Part shown: positions 19,262 through 31,104 of the stretch, one piece after another
Layout of the letters: each line of letters starts with the position of its first letter
Position numbering within the stretch: the stretch's first letter is position 1
NCBI RefSeq assembly: GCF_001677475.2
Contig: NZ_CP015229.1
DNA from: Escherichia coli
GTDB lineage: Bacteria > Pseudomonadota > Gammaproteobacteria > Enterobacterales > Enterobacteriaceae
Length of the DNA stretch: 64,000 nt
Strand: one strand, 5' to 3'
Made by a program: the position numbers and the translations under genes
Notes under the pieces: generated by a model
Told to the model about the DNA's origin: nothing
What the model saw: the letters and a program-made list of their open reading frames with translations, nothing else
The model's database searches: none

Positions 19262-20149
19262 TCAGGAGAGATATTTATCGAACCATTTCAGCGTCCTTTG
19301 CCAGGCAAGATCGGCGGCAGATTTGTCATAACGGGGCGTGGAATCATTATGGAATCCGTGATTAACCCCCGGATAGATATACGCCTCATAGACCTTATTA
19401 TTGGCTTTCAACGCCGCCTCGTAAGCAGGCCAGCCCTCGTTGATTCGGGTGTCCAGTTCCGCGTAGTGGAGTAGTAAAGGCGCTTCAATCTTCGCCACAT
19501 CGGCGGTGGGTGCCTGTCGACCATAAAACGGCACCGCGCAGGCCAGTTCCGGATACGCGACAGCCGCCGCGTTCGATACGCCACCGCCATAGCAAAATCC
19601 GGTAATACCCACTTTGCCTGTCGCTTGCGGATAGCGTTGCATAAACTCAATTGCGGCAAAGAAATCATTCATCAGTTTGGTTGGATCAACCTGCTGTTGC
19701 AGCTCACGACCTTTATCATCATTTCCCGGATAACCTCCAACGGAACTTAAGCCGTCAGGTGCCAGGGCGATATACCCCGCCTTCGCCACTCGCCGTGCCA
19801 CATCTTCGATATACGGATTCAGTCCACGATTCTCATGCACCACCACCACGGCTGGCGTTTTGCCGCTCATCTTTGCGGGCTTCACCAGATAACCCCGTAC
19901 CTCGCCGTGACCATTTGGTGAAGGATACGTGATGTACTCAGCAACAATCTCCGGGTCGGTAAACTCTACCTGAGTCGCCAGCGCATAATTTGGCTTGAGC
20001 AAATCAAACAACGCTAATGCCGTCATCCCGCCTATCGCATACTTCGCCGCAAGGTTGAGGAACTCACGTTTCGAGATTTTCCCGTGAGCGTAATAGTCAT
20101 AGTAATCCAGCAACTCTTGTGGGAAATCTTTGGCGGTTAAACGCGGCAT
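19262..20149 (-). CDS. yghX: Dienelactone hydrolase-family protein, intact (~295 aa)
   Basis: Uninterrupted ORF with nucleophile-elbow GFCYGG; start taken at MPRLTAKDF. K-12 carries this as a frameshifted pseudogene, as I recall. Confidence 0.8.
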   Translation of the reverse strand: MPRLTAKDFPQELLDYYDYYAHGKISKREFLNLAAKYAIGGMTALALFDLLKPNYALATQVEFTDPEIVAEYITYPSPNGHGEVRGYLVKPAKMSGKTPAVVVVHENRGLNPYIEDVARRVAKAGYIALAPDGLSSVGGYPGNDDKGRELQQQVDPTKLMNDFFAAIEFMQRYPQATGKVGITGFCYGGGVSNAAAVAYPELACAVPFYGRQAPTADVAKIEAPLLLHYAELDTRINEGWPAYEAALKANNKVYEAYIYPGVNHGFHNDSTPRYDKSAADLAWQRTLKWFDKYLS

Positions 20150-20305
20150 CGTTGCACTCCTCAGTTGGTGTTTTTTTAAGCAAAGCATAAGCGCGTGTTT
20201 TTGCCCAATTTTTCGTCACTCTGTGAGCCAGACTACGGGATGCGCGCTGGCGAATCGCTAAACTAGAAACATTGTTTCGAAATTGAACGGTGGAAAGGAG
20301 AGGTC

Positions 20306-21346
20306 ATGGTCTGGTTAGCGAATCCCGAACGTTACGGGCAGATGCAGTACCGCTATTGCGGAAAAAGTGGTTTACGCCTGCCCGCGTTATCGCTCGGTTT
20401 ATGGCACAATTTCGGTCACGTTAACGCGCTGGAATCACAGCGTGAGATCCTGCGTAAAGCGTTTGATTTGGGCATTACGCACTTTGATTTAGCCAATAAT
20501 TACGGGCCGCCTCCAGGAAGCGCAGAAGAGAACTTTGGTCGTCTGCTGCGCGAGGATTTTGCCGCTTATCGCGATGAACTGATTATCTCTACCAAAGCCG
20601 GATACGATATGTGGCCCGGCCCTTACGGCTCTGGCGGTTCACGTAAATATCTGCTCGCCAGCCTCGACCAAAGCCTGAACCGTATGGGGCTTGAGTATGT
20701 CGATATCTTTTACTCTCATCGCGTCGATGAAAATACGCCGATGGAAGAAACCGCCTCTGCGCTGGCTCATGCGGTACAAAGCGGTAAGGCGCTGTATGTC
20801 GGGATCTCCTCTTACTCGCCAGAGCGGACGCAAAAAATGGTCGAGTTGCTGCGCGAGTGGAAAATTCCGCTGTTAATTCATCAACCTTCTTACAATTTAC
20901 TGAACCGCTGGGTGGATAAAAGCGGCCTGCTGGATACCCTGCAACATAACGGCGTGGGCTGCATTGCCTTTACTCCTCTGGCTCAGGGATTGCTGACCGG
21001 AAAATATCTCAACGGTATTCCGCAAGATTCACGGATGCATCGTGAAGGGAATAAAGTTCGTGGTCTGACGCCGAAAATGCTCACCGAAGCCAACCTCAAC
21101 AGCCTGCGGTTATTGAATGAAATGGCACAGCAGCGTGGACAATCAATGGCGCAAATGGCGTTAAGCTGGTTGCTGAAAGATGATCGCGTGACGTCGGTAT
21201 TGATTGGTGCCAGCCGCGCGGAGCAACTTGAGGAGAACGTGCAGGCGCTGAATAATCTGACATTTAGCACCGAGGAGCTGGCGCAGATTGATCAGCATAT
21301 CGCCGATGGCGAGCTGAATCTGTGGCAGGCGTCTTCCGATAAATGA
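20306..21346 (+). CDS. gpr: L-glyceraldehyde-3-phosphate reductase, aldo-keto reductase (346 aa)
   Basis: MVWLANPERYGQMQYRYCGKSGLRLPALSLGLWHNFG AKR N-terminus. Confidence 0.93.
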   Translation: MVWLANPERYGQMQYRYCGKSGLRLPALSLGLWHNFGHVNALESQREILRKAFDLGITHFDLANNYGPPPGSAEENFGRLLREDFAAYRDELIISTKAGYDMWPGPYGSGGSRKYLLASLDQSLNRMGLEYVDIFYSHRVDENTPMEETASALAHAVQSGKALYVGISSYSPERTQKMVELLREWKIPLLIHQPSYNLLNRWVDKSGLLDTLQHNGVGCIAFTPLAQGLLTGKYLNGIPQDSRMHREGNKVRGLTPKMLTEANLNSLRLLNEMAQQRGQSMAQMALSWLLKDDRVTSVLIGASRAEQLEENVQALNNLTFSTEELAQIDQHIADGELNLWQASSDK

Positions 21347-21357
21347 CCTGTTAATAA

Positions 21358-21377
21358 CGGGCGCGAGAACCGCGCCC
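21358..21377. terminator. Bidirectional terminator hairpin between convergent gpr and yqhA
   Basis: cgggcgcg-agaa-cgcgcccg. Confidence 0.55.
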
Positions 21378-21385
21378 GAATCAGA

Positions 21386-21949
<564 letters not shown>

Positions 21950-22070
21950 TCAACATATCCGTTAAACCTTTGTCGCATAAATCCGAGGTTTAGGGATCTT
22001 CCTGGTTCCCTTATCAACGCATCGAGAGCGTCTACCCTTAAAGGACGTTGAACCTGAAGGGAGAAAAACA

Positions 22071-22955
22071 ATGTCTCATTTAAAAGACCCGACCACGCAG
22101 TATTACACTGGTGAATATCCCAAACAGAAACAACCGACGCCAGGCATCCAGGCGAAAATGACACCGGTGCCGGATTGCGGCGAGAAAACCTATGTTGGTA
22201 GCGGTCGCCTGAAAGATCGTAAAGCACTGGTGACAGGGGGCGATTCCGGAATCGGTCGCGCTGCCGCCATCGCTTACGCGCGTGAAGGGGCTGACGTGGC
22301 GATCAGTTATCTTCCCGTGGAAGAAGAAGACGCTCAGGATGTGAAAAAGATCATTGAAGAATGCGGACGCAAAGCCGTTCTGCTGCCAGGCGATTTAAGC
22401 GATGAGAAATTCGCCCGTTCGCTGGTTCACGAAGCGCACAAGGCGTTAGGCGGGCTGGATATTATGGCGCTGGTCGCCGGGAAACAGGTTGCCATTCCTG
22501 ATATTGCAGACCTCACCAGCGAACAGTTTCAAAAGACCTTTGCCATTAACGTTTTCGCGCTGTTCTGGCTAACCCAGGAAGCGATCCCCCTGCTACCGAA
22601 AGGTGCCAGTATCATCACCACTTCGTCAATCCAGGCATACCAGCCAAGCCCGCATTTACTGGACTATGCGGCTACGAAGGCGGCGATTCTGAACTACAGC
22701 CGTGGCCTGGCAAAACAGGTCGCGGAGAAAGGTATTCGGGTGAATATTGTTGCGCCAGGCCCGATCTGGACAGCACTGCAAATTTCCGGCGGACAGACGC
22801 AGGATAAGATCCCGCAGTTCGGCCAGCAAACACCAATGAAGCGTGCGGGGCAACCGGCGGAACTGGCCCCTGTATATGTTTACCTGGCAAGTCAGGAGTC
22901 GAGCTACGTCACCGCAGAAGTGCATGGCGTGTGCGGCGGCGAGCATTTAGGCTAA
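22071..22955 (+). CDS. yghA: Short-chain dehydrogenase/reductase, NAD(P)-dependent (294 aa)
   Basis: [10 protein letters not shown] cofactor motif and SDR fold. Confidence 0.92.
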
Positions 22956-22999
22956 AAAAATGCCCGGTTGTGAAAAGCAACCGGGCATCATTTTTATTT
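22956..22999. terminator. Bidirectional rho-independent terminator between convergent yghA and exbD
   Basis: atgcccggttg...caaccgggcat stem flanked by A-run upstream and T-run downstream. Confidence 0.7.
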
Positions 23000-23419
23000 C
23001 GCTTTGGCAGTTTCTTCGCCGACCAGACCTATCTTCAGGTAACCCGCCTGATGCAGCGTATCCATTACCTTCATCAACGTCTCGTAATCGACGGTTTTAT
23101 CCGCACGGAAGAAGATGGTGGTGTCTTTCTTACCTTCGGTTAACGCATTCAGCGCCGTAACCATTGTTTCATCGGTGACCGGATCGTTACCGATAAACAT
23201 CGAGTTGTCCGCCTTCACCGACAGATAAACCGGTTTTTCCGGGCGCGGCTGCGGCGTGCTGGTAGAAGCAGGCAAGTTCACCTTCACATCTACCGTCGCT
23301 AACGGTGCCGCCACCATAAAGATAATCAGCAGAACCAACATCACGTCGATAAACGGCGTCACGTTGATATCATGCATTTCGCCGTTATCGTCGAGGTTTT
23401 CGTTAAGATGCATTGCCAT
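22994..23419 (-). CDS. exbD: TonB-system energy transducer ExbD (141 aa)
   Basis: MAMHLNENLDDNGEMHDINVTPFIDVMLVLLIIFMV. Confidence 0.96.
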   Translation of the reverse strand: MAMHLNENLDDNGEMHDINVTPFIDVMLVLLIIFMVAAPLATVDVKVNLPASTSTPQPRPEKPVYLSVKADNSMFIGNDPVTDETMVTALNALTEGKKDTTIFFRADKTVDYETLMKVMDTLHQAGYLKIGLVGEETAKAK

Positions 23420-23425
23420 CGGACA

Positions 23426-24160
23426 TTATCCTGCGCGTAATTTTTGTGCGACACGAACCGGATGCGCAGCGGCGCTGGCTTCCAGATCCAGGTCACGGCT
23501 TTGCAGCAACAATACCTGCGCTGCAACATCACCTAGCATCGCTTTAAAGCCGCCAATCTGGCGTGCAAATACGTTATAGATAACGACCGCAGGAATCGCT
23601 GCCACGAGGCCGATTGCCGTTGCTAACAGAGCTTCTGCGATACCCGGCGCAACGACTGCCAGGTTAGTAGTCTGCGTTTGCGCGATACCAATAAAGCTGT
23701 TCATGATGCCCCAGACCGTACCAAACAGACCAACGAACGGCGAAATCGCGCCGATGGTTGCCAGATAGCCGTTACCGCGGCCCATTTGACGACCTACTGC
23801 GGCGACCCGACGCTCCAGACGGAAGCTGGTACGTTCTTTAATACCTTCGTTATCGTCGCTGCCCTCTGACAGTTCCAGCTCATTCTGCGCTTCATTGAGC
23901 AAATGCAGGCTTAAGCTTTTGCTACCAAAATCAGCGGCGATATCGTTGGCCTGGTTTAAGGAACGCGCTTCAGCCAGCAGTTGCTGCTCGCGCTTAAGGC
24001 GACGCTTCTGATTGAAGAACTCTACGCTCTTACTGAAGAAGATTGCCCAGGTGACTACGGAGGCCAAAATAAGCCCAATCATCACGCACTTAACGACAAT
24101 ATCGGCGTGCTGATACATACCCCAGACGGAAAGATCCGTCTGCATTAAATTATTACCCAC
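23426..24160 (-). CDS. exbB: TonB-system proton channel ExbB (244 aa)
   Basis: MotA/TolQ/ExbB family, three TM helices. Confidence 0.96.
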   Translation of the reverse strand: MGNNLMQTDLSVWGMYQHADIVVKCVMIGLILASVVTWAIFFSKSVEFFNQKRRLKREQQLLAEARSLNQANDIAADFGSKSLSLHLLNEAQNELELSEGSDDNEGIKERTSFRLERRVAAVGRQMGRGNGYLATIGAISPFVGLFGTVWGIMNSFIGIAQTQTTNLAVVAPGIAEALLATAIGLVAAIPAVVIYNVFARQIGGFKAMLGDVAAQVLLLQSRDLDLEASAAAHPVRVAQKLRAG

Positions 24161-24411
24161 TGTGTATCTCCAGGACGCAAGTCACAAAATCTGCGCATAA
24201 TAATATCAAAACGACGTCGAATTGATAGTCGTTCTCATTACTATTTGCATACTGCCGTACCTTTGCTTTCTTTTCCTTGCGTTTACGCAGTAAAAAAGTC
24301 ACCAGCACGCCATTTGCGAAAATTTTCTGCTTTATGCCAATTCTTCAGGATGCGCCCGCGAATATTCATGCTAGTTTAGACATCCAGACGTATAAAAACA
24401 GGAATCCCGAC
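24161..24411. promoter_or_regulatory. Divergent exbB / metC promoter region with Fur-box-like AT-rich motifs
   Basis: gcataataatatcaaaac and tgatagtcgttctcattac resemble Fur-box half-sites; exbBD is Fur-regulated in E. coli. Confidence 0.4.
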
Positions 24412-25599
24412 ATGGCGGACAAAAAGCTTGATACTCAACTGGTGAATGCAGGACGCAGCAAAAAATACACTCTCGGCGCGGTAAATAGCGTGATTCAGCG
24501 CGCTTCTTCGCTGGTATTTGACAGTGTGGAAGCCAAAAAGCACGCGACGCGCAATCGCGCCAATGGCGAGTTGTTCTATGGACGGCGCGGAACGTTAACC
24601 CATTTTTCCTTACAACAAGCGATGTGTGAACTGGAAGGTGGCGCAGGCTGCGTGCTATTTCCCTGCGGGGCGGCAGCGGTTGCTAATTCCATTCTTGCTT
24701 TTGTCGAACAGGGCGATCATGTGTTGATGACCAACACCGCCTATGAACCGAGTCAGGATTTCTGTAGCAAAATCCTCAGCAAACTGGGCGTAACGACATC
24801 GTGGTTTGATCCGCTGATTGGCGCAGATATCGTTAAACATGTGCAGCCAAACACTAAAATCGTGTTTCTGGAATCCCCAGGCTCCATCACCATGGAAATC
24901 CACGATGTTCCGGCGATTGTTGCCGCCGTGCGCAATGTGGTGCCAGATGCCATCATTATGATCGATAACACCTGGGCGGCCGGTGTGCTGTTTAAGGCGC
25001 TGGATTTTGGCATCGATGTTTCCATTCAGGCCGCTACCAAATATCTGGTGGGGCATTCAGATGCGATGATTGGCACTGCCGTGTGCAATGCCCGTTGCTG
25101 GGAGCAGCTGCGGGAGAATGCCTATCTGATGGGCCAGATGGTCGATGCCGATACCGCCTATATAACCAGCCGTGGCCTGCGCACTTTGGGTGTTCGCCTG
25201 CGTCAACATCATGAAAGCAGTCTGAAAGTGGCTGAATGGCTGGCAGAACATCCGCAAGTAGCGCGAGTTAACCACCCTGCTCTGCCTGGCAGTAAAGGCC
25301 ACGAATTCTGGAAACGAGACTTTACAGGTAGCAGCGGGCTATTTTCCTTTGTGCTTAAGAAAAAACTCAATGATGAAGAGCTGGCGAACTATCTGGATAA
25401 CTTCAGTTTATTCAGCATGGCCTACTCGTGGGGCGGTTATGAATCGTTGATCCTGGCAAATCAACCAGAACATATCGCCGCCATTCGCCCACAAGGCGAG
25501 ATCGATTTTAGCGGGACCTTGATTCGCCTGCATATTGGTCTGGAAGATGTCAACGATCTGATTGCCGATCTGGATGCCGGTTTTGCGCGAATTGTATAA
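24412..25599 (+). CDS. metC: Cystathionine beta-lyase, PLP-dependent (395 aa)
   Basis: [38 protein letters not shown]; start at internal Met of track ORF. Confidence 0.95.
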   Translation: MADKKLDTQLVNAGRSKKYTLGAVNSVIQRASSLVFDSVEAKKHATRNRANGELFYGRRGTLTHFSLQQAMCELEGGAGCVLFPCGAAAVANSILAFVEQGDHVLMTNTAYEPSQDFCSKILSKLGVTTSWFDPLIGADIVKHVQPNTKIVFLESPGSITMEIHDVPAIVAAVRNVVPDAIIMIDNTWAAGVLFKALDFGIDVSIQAATKYLVGHSDAMIGTAVCNARCWEQLRENAYLMGQMVDADTAYITSRGLRTLGVRLRQHHESSLKVAEWLAEHPQVARVNHPALPGSKGHEFWKRDFTGSSGLFSFVLKKKLNDEELANYLDNFSLFSMAYSWGGYESLILANQPEHIAAIRPQGEIDFSGTLIRLHIGLEDVNDLIADLDAGFARIV

Positions 25600-25738
25600 C
25601 ATTGCCACTTTTGGACAATTTTGCAGACATTTTATTGTGAAAAGTCTTAAATTGTTGCGTCCGGGATCAAGGCGTCCCGGACGATTCAGGAGTACAATAG
25701 GCAGATAAAGGCTTAAACGCTGTTCCACAGGAAAGTCC

Positions 25739-26398
25739 ATGGCTGTTATTCAAGATATCATCGCTGCGCTCTGGCAACACGACTTTGCCGCGCTGGCGGA
25801 TCCTCATATTGTTAGCGTTGTTTACTTTGTCATGTTTGCCACGCTGTTTTTAGAAAACGGCCTGCTGCCCGCCTCATTTTTGCCAGGCGACAGCTTGTTG
25901 ATATTGGCTGGCGCATTGATTGCCCAGGGGGTTATGGATTTTCTGCCTACGATTGCGATTCTGACCGCCGCAGCAAGTCTGGGCTGCTGGTTAAGTTATA
26001 TTCAGGGGCGCTGGTTAGGGAATACCAAAACGGTGAAAGGCTGGCTGGCACAGCTTCCCGCTAAATATCACCAGCGCGCCACCTGCATGTTTGACCGCCA
26101 CGGTCTGCTGGCGCTGCTGGCTGGACGTTTTCTTGCATTTGTCCGTACGTTGCTGCCAACCATGGCGGGAATTTCCGGTCTGCCAAACCGCCGCTTCCAG
26201 TTTTTCAACTGGTTAAGCGGATTGCTGTGGGTCAGCGTGGTAACCAGTTTCGGCTATGCCTTAAGTATGATTCCGTTCGTTAAACGCCATGAAGATCAGG
26301 TAATGACGTTCCTGATGATCCTGCCAATTGCCTTGTTAACCGCTGGCTTGTTAGGCACGCTGTTTGTGGTGATTAAAAAAAAATACTGTAACGCCTGA
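25739..26398 (+). CDS. yghB: DedA-family inner membrane protein (219 aa)
   Basis: DedA/SNARE-associated fold; K-12 position. Confidence 0.93.
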
Positions 26399-26407
26399 CG
26401 ATTTTCC

Positions 26408-26435
26408 CCGTTCCCGGTTGCTGTACCGGGAACGT
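26408..26435. terminator. Bidirectional terminator hairpin between convergent yghB and yqhC
   Basis: gttcccggt-tgctgt-accgggaac. Confidence 0.55.
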
Positions 26436-26437
26436 AT

Positions 26438-27394
26438 TTAATTCCCCTGCATCGCCCGCATTCTTGCCGCATCTTCCCCCGGCGTCACACCGAAGTAACG
26501 TTTAAACTCACGGCTAAATTGCGATGCGCTTTCGTAACCGACGCGCATCGCCGCCGCGCTGGCCTTCATTCCGTCGTGGATGATCATCATCCGCGCCTTA
26601 TGCAGACGGTAATTCTTCAAATACTGCAACGGCGAGGTACTGGTGACAGACTTAAAATTATGGTGGAACGCCGATACGCTCATGTTGGCTTCTGCCGCCA
26701 GTTGCTCGACGCTCAGGTTTTCGGTGTATTTATTCTCAATCCGTTTCAGCACGCGGCTAATCAGGCTGAAGTGAGTCTGGCGACTGACCAGCGCCAGTAA
26801 CGCGCCGCCGCAAGGTCCGGTCAGCACGTAATACAGAATTTCGCGGATGATCTGTTTGCCGAGAATACGCGCATCCAGTGGTCGCTCCATCACGTCGAGT
26901 AACCGCTCCGCCGCGCATAAAATCTCTTCTGATAACGTGGCGGAGTTAATCCCGCTGGCTGCCATCGACGGCTGGAAATGCTCATCTTCGCCAATGTCCA
27001 TCAACAGTTCCTGTAACTGCAAAATATCGACATTGAGACGCAACCCTGCCAGCGGCACCTCTGACGTGGCATAGGTTTCGCACTCAAACGGCAACGGCAC
27101 CGTCAGCAGCAGGTATTCATTGGCATCATAACGAAACACGCGTTCATTGATATAACCGATTTTATGTCCGGAAAAGAGAATTATGATGCCAGGCTCGTAC
27201 ATCACCGGTGTACGTGCGAAAGGCGTCTCGCCATACAACAAACGCACATCGGGCAACAGCTCTGACAAACCATTTTCTTTATTTTTCAGTTTATTAACTT
27301 TATTCGCCAGCAAGCGGCAAATCTCTTCACGTTTCATATCGCGTAATTTCTTAGGAATAATGCGGCAATTTGATTGTGCGCAATTTTGTAGCAT
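26438..27394 (-). CDS. yqhC: AraC-family transcriptional activator of yqhD-dkgA (318 aa)
   Basis: C-terminal AraC HTH; start chosen at Met58 of track ORF to give the K-12 length. Confidence 0.88.
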   Translation of the reverse strand: MLQNCAQSNCRIIPKKLRDMKREEICRLLANKVNKLKNKENGLSELLPDVRLLYGETPFARTPVMYEPGIIILFSGHKIGYINERVFRYDANEYLLLTVPLPFECETYATSEVPLAGLRLNVDILQLQELLMDIGEDEHFQPSMAASGINSATLSEEILCAAERLLDVMERPLDARILGKQIIREILYYVLTGPCGGALLALVSRQTHFSLISRVLKRIENKYTENLSVEQLAAEANMSVSAFHHNFKSVTSTSPLQYLKNYRLHKARMMIIHDGMKASAAAMRVGYESASQFSREFKRYFGVTPGEDAARMRAMQGN

Positions 27395-27530
27395 TTCTCC
27401 AGCACTCTGGAGAAATAGGCAAGACATTGGCAGAAATGAGCATTGAGAGCCAGGGCGCTGGCGATCACAATGAAAAACATCAGGCAGATCGTTCTCTGCC
27501 CTCATATTGGCCCAGCAAAGGGAGCAAGTA

Positions 27531-28694
27531 ATGAACAACTTTAATCTGCACACCCCAACTCGCATTCTGTTTGGTAAAGGCGCAATCGCTGGTTTACGCG
27601 AACAAATTCCTCACGATGCTCGCGTATTGATTACCTACGGCGGCGGCAGCGTAAAAAAAACCGGCGTTCTCGATCAAGTTCTGGATGCCCTGAAAGGCAT
27701 GGACGTGCTGGAGTTTGGCGGTATTGAGCCAAACCCGGCTTATGAAACGCTGATGAACGCCGTGAAACTGGTTCGCGAACAGAAAGTGACTTTCCTGCTG
27801 GCGGTTGGCGGCGGTTCTGTACTGGACGGTACCAAATTTATCGCCGCAGCGGCTAACTATCCGGAAAATATCGATCCGTGGCACATTCTGCAAACGGGCG
27901 GTAAAGAGATTAAAAGCGCCATCCCGATGGGCTGTGTGCTGACGCTGCCAGCAACCGGTTCAGAATCCAACGCAGGCGCGGTGATCTCCCGTAAAACCAC
28001 AGGCGACAAGCAGGCGTTCCATTCTGCCCATGTTCAGCCGGTATTTGCCGTGCTCGATCCGGTTTATACCTACACCCTGCCGCCGCGTCAGGTGGCTAAC
28101 GGCGTAGTGGACGCCTTTGTACACACCGTGGAACAGTATGTTACCAAACCGGTTGATGCCAAAATTCAGGACCGTTTCGCAGAAGGTATTTTGCTGACGC
28201 TGATCGAAGATGGTCCGAAAGCTCTGAAAGAGCCAGAAAACTACGATGTGCGCGCCAACGTCATGTGGGCGGCGACTCAGGCGCTGAACGGTTTGATTGG
28301 CGCTGGCGTACCACAGGACTGGGCAACGCATATGCTGGGCCACGAACTGACTGCGATGCACGGTCTGGATCACGCGCAAACACTGGCTATCGTCCTGCCT
28401 GCACTGTGGAATGAAAAACGCGATACCAAGCGCGCTAAGCTGCTGCAATATGCTGAACGCGTCTGGAACATCACTGAAGGTTCCGATGATGAGCGTATCG
28501 ACGCCGCGATTGCCGCAACCCGCAATTTCTTTGAGCAATTAGGCGTGCCGACCCACCTCTCCGACTACGGTCTGGACGGCAGCTCCATCCCGGCTTTGCT
28601 GAAAAAACTGGAAGAGCACGGCATGACCCAACTGGGCGAAAATCATGACATTACGCTGGATGTCAGCCGCCGTATATACGAAGCCGCCCGCTAA
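27531..28694 (+). CDS. yqhD: NADPH-dependent aldehyde reductase, iron-containing alcohol dehydrogenase family (387 aa)
   Basis: [27 protein letters not shown]; GGGS nucleotide-binding motif. Confidence 0.96.
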   Translation: MNNFNLHTPTRILFGKGAIAGLREQIPHDARVLITYGGGSVKKTGVLDQVLDALKGMDVLEFGGIEPNPAYETLMNAVKLVREQKVTFLLAVGGGSVLDGTKFIAAAANYPENIDPWHILQTGGKEIKSAIPMGCVLTLPATGSESNAGAVISRKTTGDKQAFHSAHVQPVFAVLDPVYTYTLPPRQVANGVVDAFVHTVEQYVTKPVDAKIQDRFAEGILLTLIEDGPKALKEPENYDVRANVMWAATQALNGLIGAGVPQDWATHMLGHELTAMHGLDHAQTLAIVLPALWNEKRDTKRAKLLQYAERVWNITEGSDDERIDAAIAATRNFFEQLGVPTHLSDYGLDGSSIPALLKKLEEHGMTQLGENHDITLDVSRRIYEAAR

Positions 28695-28798
28695 GCTTTT
28701 TACGCCTCAAACTTTCGTTTTCGGGCATTTCGTCCAGACTTAAGTTCACTACACCTCACCGGAGCCTGCTCCGGTGAGTTCATATAAAGGAGGAACGT

Positions 28799-29626
28799 AT
28801 GGCTAATCCAACCGTTATTAAGCTACAGGATGGCAATGTCATGCCCCAGTTGGGACTGGGCGTCTGGCAAGCAAGTAATGAGGAAGTAATCACCGCCATT
28901 CAAAAAGCATTAGAAGTGGGTTATCGCTCGATTGATACCGCCGCGGCCTACAAGAACGAAGAAGGTGTCGGCAAAGCCCTGAAAAATGCCTCAGTCAACA
29001 GAGAAGAACTGTTCATCACCACTAAGCTGTGGAACGACGACCACAAGCGCCCCCGCGAAGCCCTGCTCGACAGCCTGAAAAAACTCCAGCTTGATTATAT
29101 CGACCTCTACTTAATGCACTGGCCCGTTCCCGCTATCGACCATTATGTCGAAGCATGGAAAGGCATGATCGAATTGCAAAAAGAGGGATTAATCAAAAGC
29201 ATCGGCGTGTGCAACTTCCAGATCCATCACCTGCAACGCCTGATTGATGAAACTGGCGTGACGCCTGTGATAAACCAGATCGAACTTCATCCGCTGATGC
29301 AACAACGCCAGCTACACGCCTGGAACGCGACACACAAAATCCAGACCGAATCCTGGAGTCCATTAGCGCAAGGAGGAAAAGGCGTTTTCGATCAGAAAGT
29401 CATTCGCGATCTGGCAGATAAATACGGCAAAACTCCGGCGCAGATTGTTATCCGCTGGCATCTGGATAGCGGCCTGGTGGTGATCCCGAAATCGGTCACA
29501 CCTTCACGTATTGCCGAAAACTTTGATGTCTGGGATTTCCGTCTCGACAAAGACGAACTCGGCGAAATTGCAAAACTCGATCAGGGCAAGCGTCTCGGTC
29601 CCGATCCTGACCAGTTCGGCGGCTAA
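28799..29626 (+). CDS. dkgA: 2,5-diketo-D-gluconate reductase A / methylglyoxal reductase, AKR family (275 aa)
   Basis: MANPTVIKLQDGNVMPQLGLGVWQ. Confidence 0.96.
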   Translation: MANPTVIKLQDGNVMPQLGLGVWQASNEEVITAIQKALEVGYRSIDTAAAYKNEEGVGKALKNASVNREELFITTKLWNDDHKRPREALLDSLKKLQLDYIDLYLMHWPVPAIDHYVEAWKGMIELQKEGLIKSIGVCNFQIHHLQRLIDETGVTPVINQIELHPLMQQRQLHAWNATHKIQTESWSPLAQGGKGVFDQKVIRDLADKYGKTPAQIVIRWHLDSGLVVIPKSVTPSRIAENFDVWDFRLDKDELGEIAKLDQGKRLGPDPDQFGG

Positions 29627-29825
29627 CGTGCAAATTCTCCCGGTGGCGGTAATGTTCCGCTACCGGACTTTTCAGAAATCATTTATTCCCCTCGCGTCCC
29701 GCCCGTTGTTACTCTTCCTTGTTCAGGAATGCCAAATATAAGGACATCATCATGCAGAGCCGGAAGCTCTTAAAAGAACAACTCATCTATATCCGGGATA
29801 AACGCAACGGAGAGGTGAAAAACAG

Positions 29826-30752
29826 ATGAAAATAATACTTCTGTTTTTAGCAGCCCTGGCAAGTTTTACCGTACACGCACAGCCCCCCTCACAGACCGTT
29901 GAACAAACAGTCCGGCATATTTATAAGAACTATAAATCAGATGACACTGCCCCTTATTTTGGTGAAACCGGAGAGCGGGCGATAACTTCTGCGCGTATTC
30001 AACAGGCGCTTATCCTGAACGACAATCTTACGCTGCCGGGCAATATTGGCTGGCTGGATTATGATCCGGTTTGTGATTGTCAGGATTTTGGCGATCTGGT
30101 GTTAGAAAGCGTAGCGATAACCCAAACTGACGCCGATCATGCCGATGCCGTTGTGCGCTTTCGTATCTTTAAAGACGATAAAGAAAAGACCACGCAGACA
30201 CTGAAAATGGTGGCGGAAAATGGTCGTTGGGTCATTGACGATATTGTCAGCAATCATGGCAGCGTCTTACAAGCAGTTAATAGCGAGAATGAAAAAACGC
30301 TGGCCGCTTTAGCTTCGTTGCAAAAAGAACAGCCGGAAGCCTTTATTGCCGAACTCTTTGAACATATTGCCGATTATAGCTGGCCGTGGACGTGGGTGGT
30401 TTCCGACTCTTACCGCCAGGCGGTCAATGCCTTCTATAAAACCACCTTCAAGACGGCCAACAATCCCGATGAAGATATGCAAATAGAACGGCAATTTATT
30501 TACGACAATCCGATCTGTTTTGGCGAAGAGTCGCTATTTTCACGCGTTGATGAAATTCGAGTCCTGGAGAAAACCGCCGATTCCGCCCGTATTCATGTTC
30601 GTTTTACGCTGACCAATGGCAACAACGAAGAGCAAGAACTGGTTTTACAGCGGCGCGAAGGCAAGTGGGAAATCGCTGATTTTATCCGCCCGAACAGCGG
30701 CAGCCTACTTAAGCAGATTGAGGCAAAAACCGCCGCCAGATTAAAGCAATGA
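29826..30752 (+). CDS. yqhG: DUF3828 periplasmic protein (308 aa)
   Basis: Signal peptide MKIILLFLAALASFTVHA; K-12 position. Confidence 0.9.
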   Translation: MKIILLFLAALASFTVHAQPPSQTVEQTVRHIYKNYKSDDTAPYFGETGERAITSARIQQALILNDNLTLPGNIGWLDYDPVCDCQDFGDLVLESVAITQTDADHADAVVRFRIFKDDKEKTTQTLKMVAENGRWVIDDIVSNHGSVLQAVNSENEKTLAALASLQKEQPEAFIAELFEHIADYSWPWTWVVSDSYRQAVNAFYKTTFKTANNPDEDMQIERQFIYDNPICFGEESLFSRVDEIRVLEKTADSARIHVRFTLTNGNNEEQELVLQRREGKWEIADFIRPNSGSLLKQIEAKTAARLKQ

Positions 30753-30802
30753 GCTGAATTAAATAACAATTAGCCGGAACAATAAATAAAAGGGAACACT
30801 AT

Positions 30803-31060
30803 ATGAAAACGATTTTCACCGTGGGAGCTGTTGTTCTGGCAACCTACTTGCTCAGCGGCTGCGTCAATGAGCAAAAGGTCAATCCGCTGGCGAGCAATGT
30901 GCAAACATTAAATGCCAAAATCGCCCGGCTTGAGCAGGATATGAAAGCACTACGCCCACAAATCTATGCTGCCAAATCCGAAGCTAACAGAGCCAATACG
31001 CGTCTTGATGCACAGGACTATTTTGATTGCCTGCGCTGCTTGCGTATGTACGCAGAATGA
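30803..31060 (+). CDS. yqhH: Small outer membrane lipoprotein (85 aa)
   Basis: Lipobox LSGC after signal peptide; Lpp-like coiled coil. Confidence 0.88.
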   Translation: MKTIFTVGAVVLATYLLSGCVNEQKVNPLASNVQTLNAKIARLEQDMKALRPQIYAAKSEANRANTRLDAQDYFDCLRCLRMYAE

Positions 31061-31104
31061 TAAAAAATCCCCGGCAGCGTGTCAGTTGCCGGGGATATTT
31101 TTTA
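31061..31104. terminator. Bidirectional rho-independent terminator between convergent yqhH and ygiQ
   Basis: atccccggca...tgccggggat stem flanked by A-run and T-run. Confidence 0.7.
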
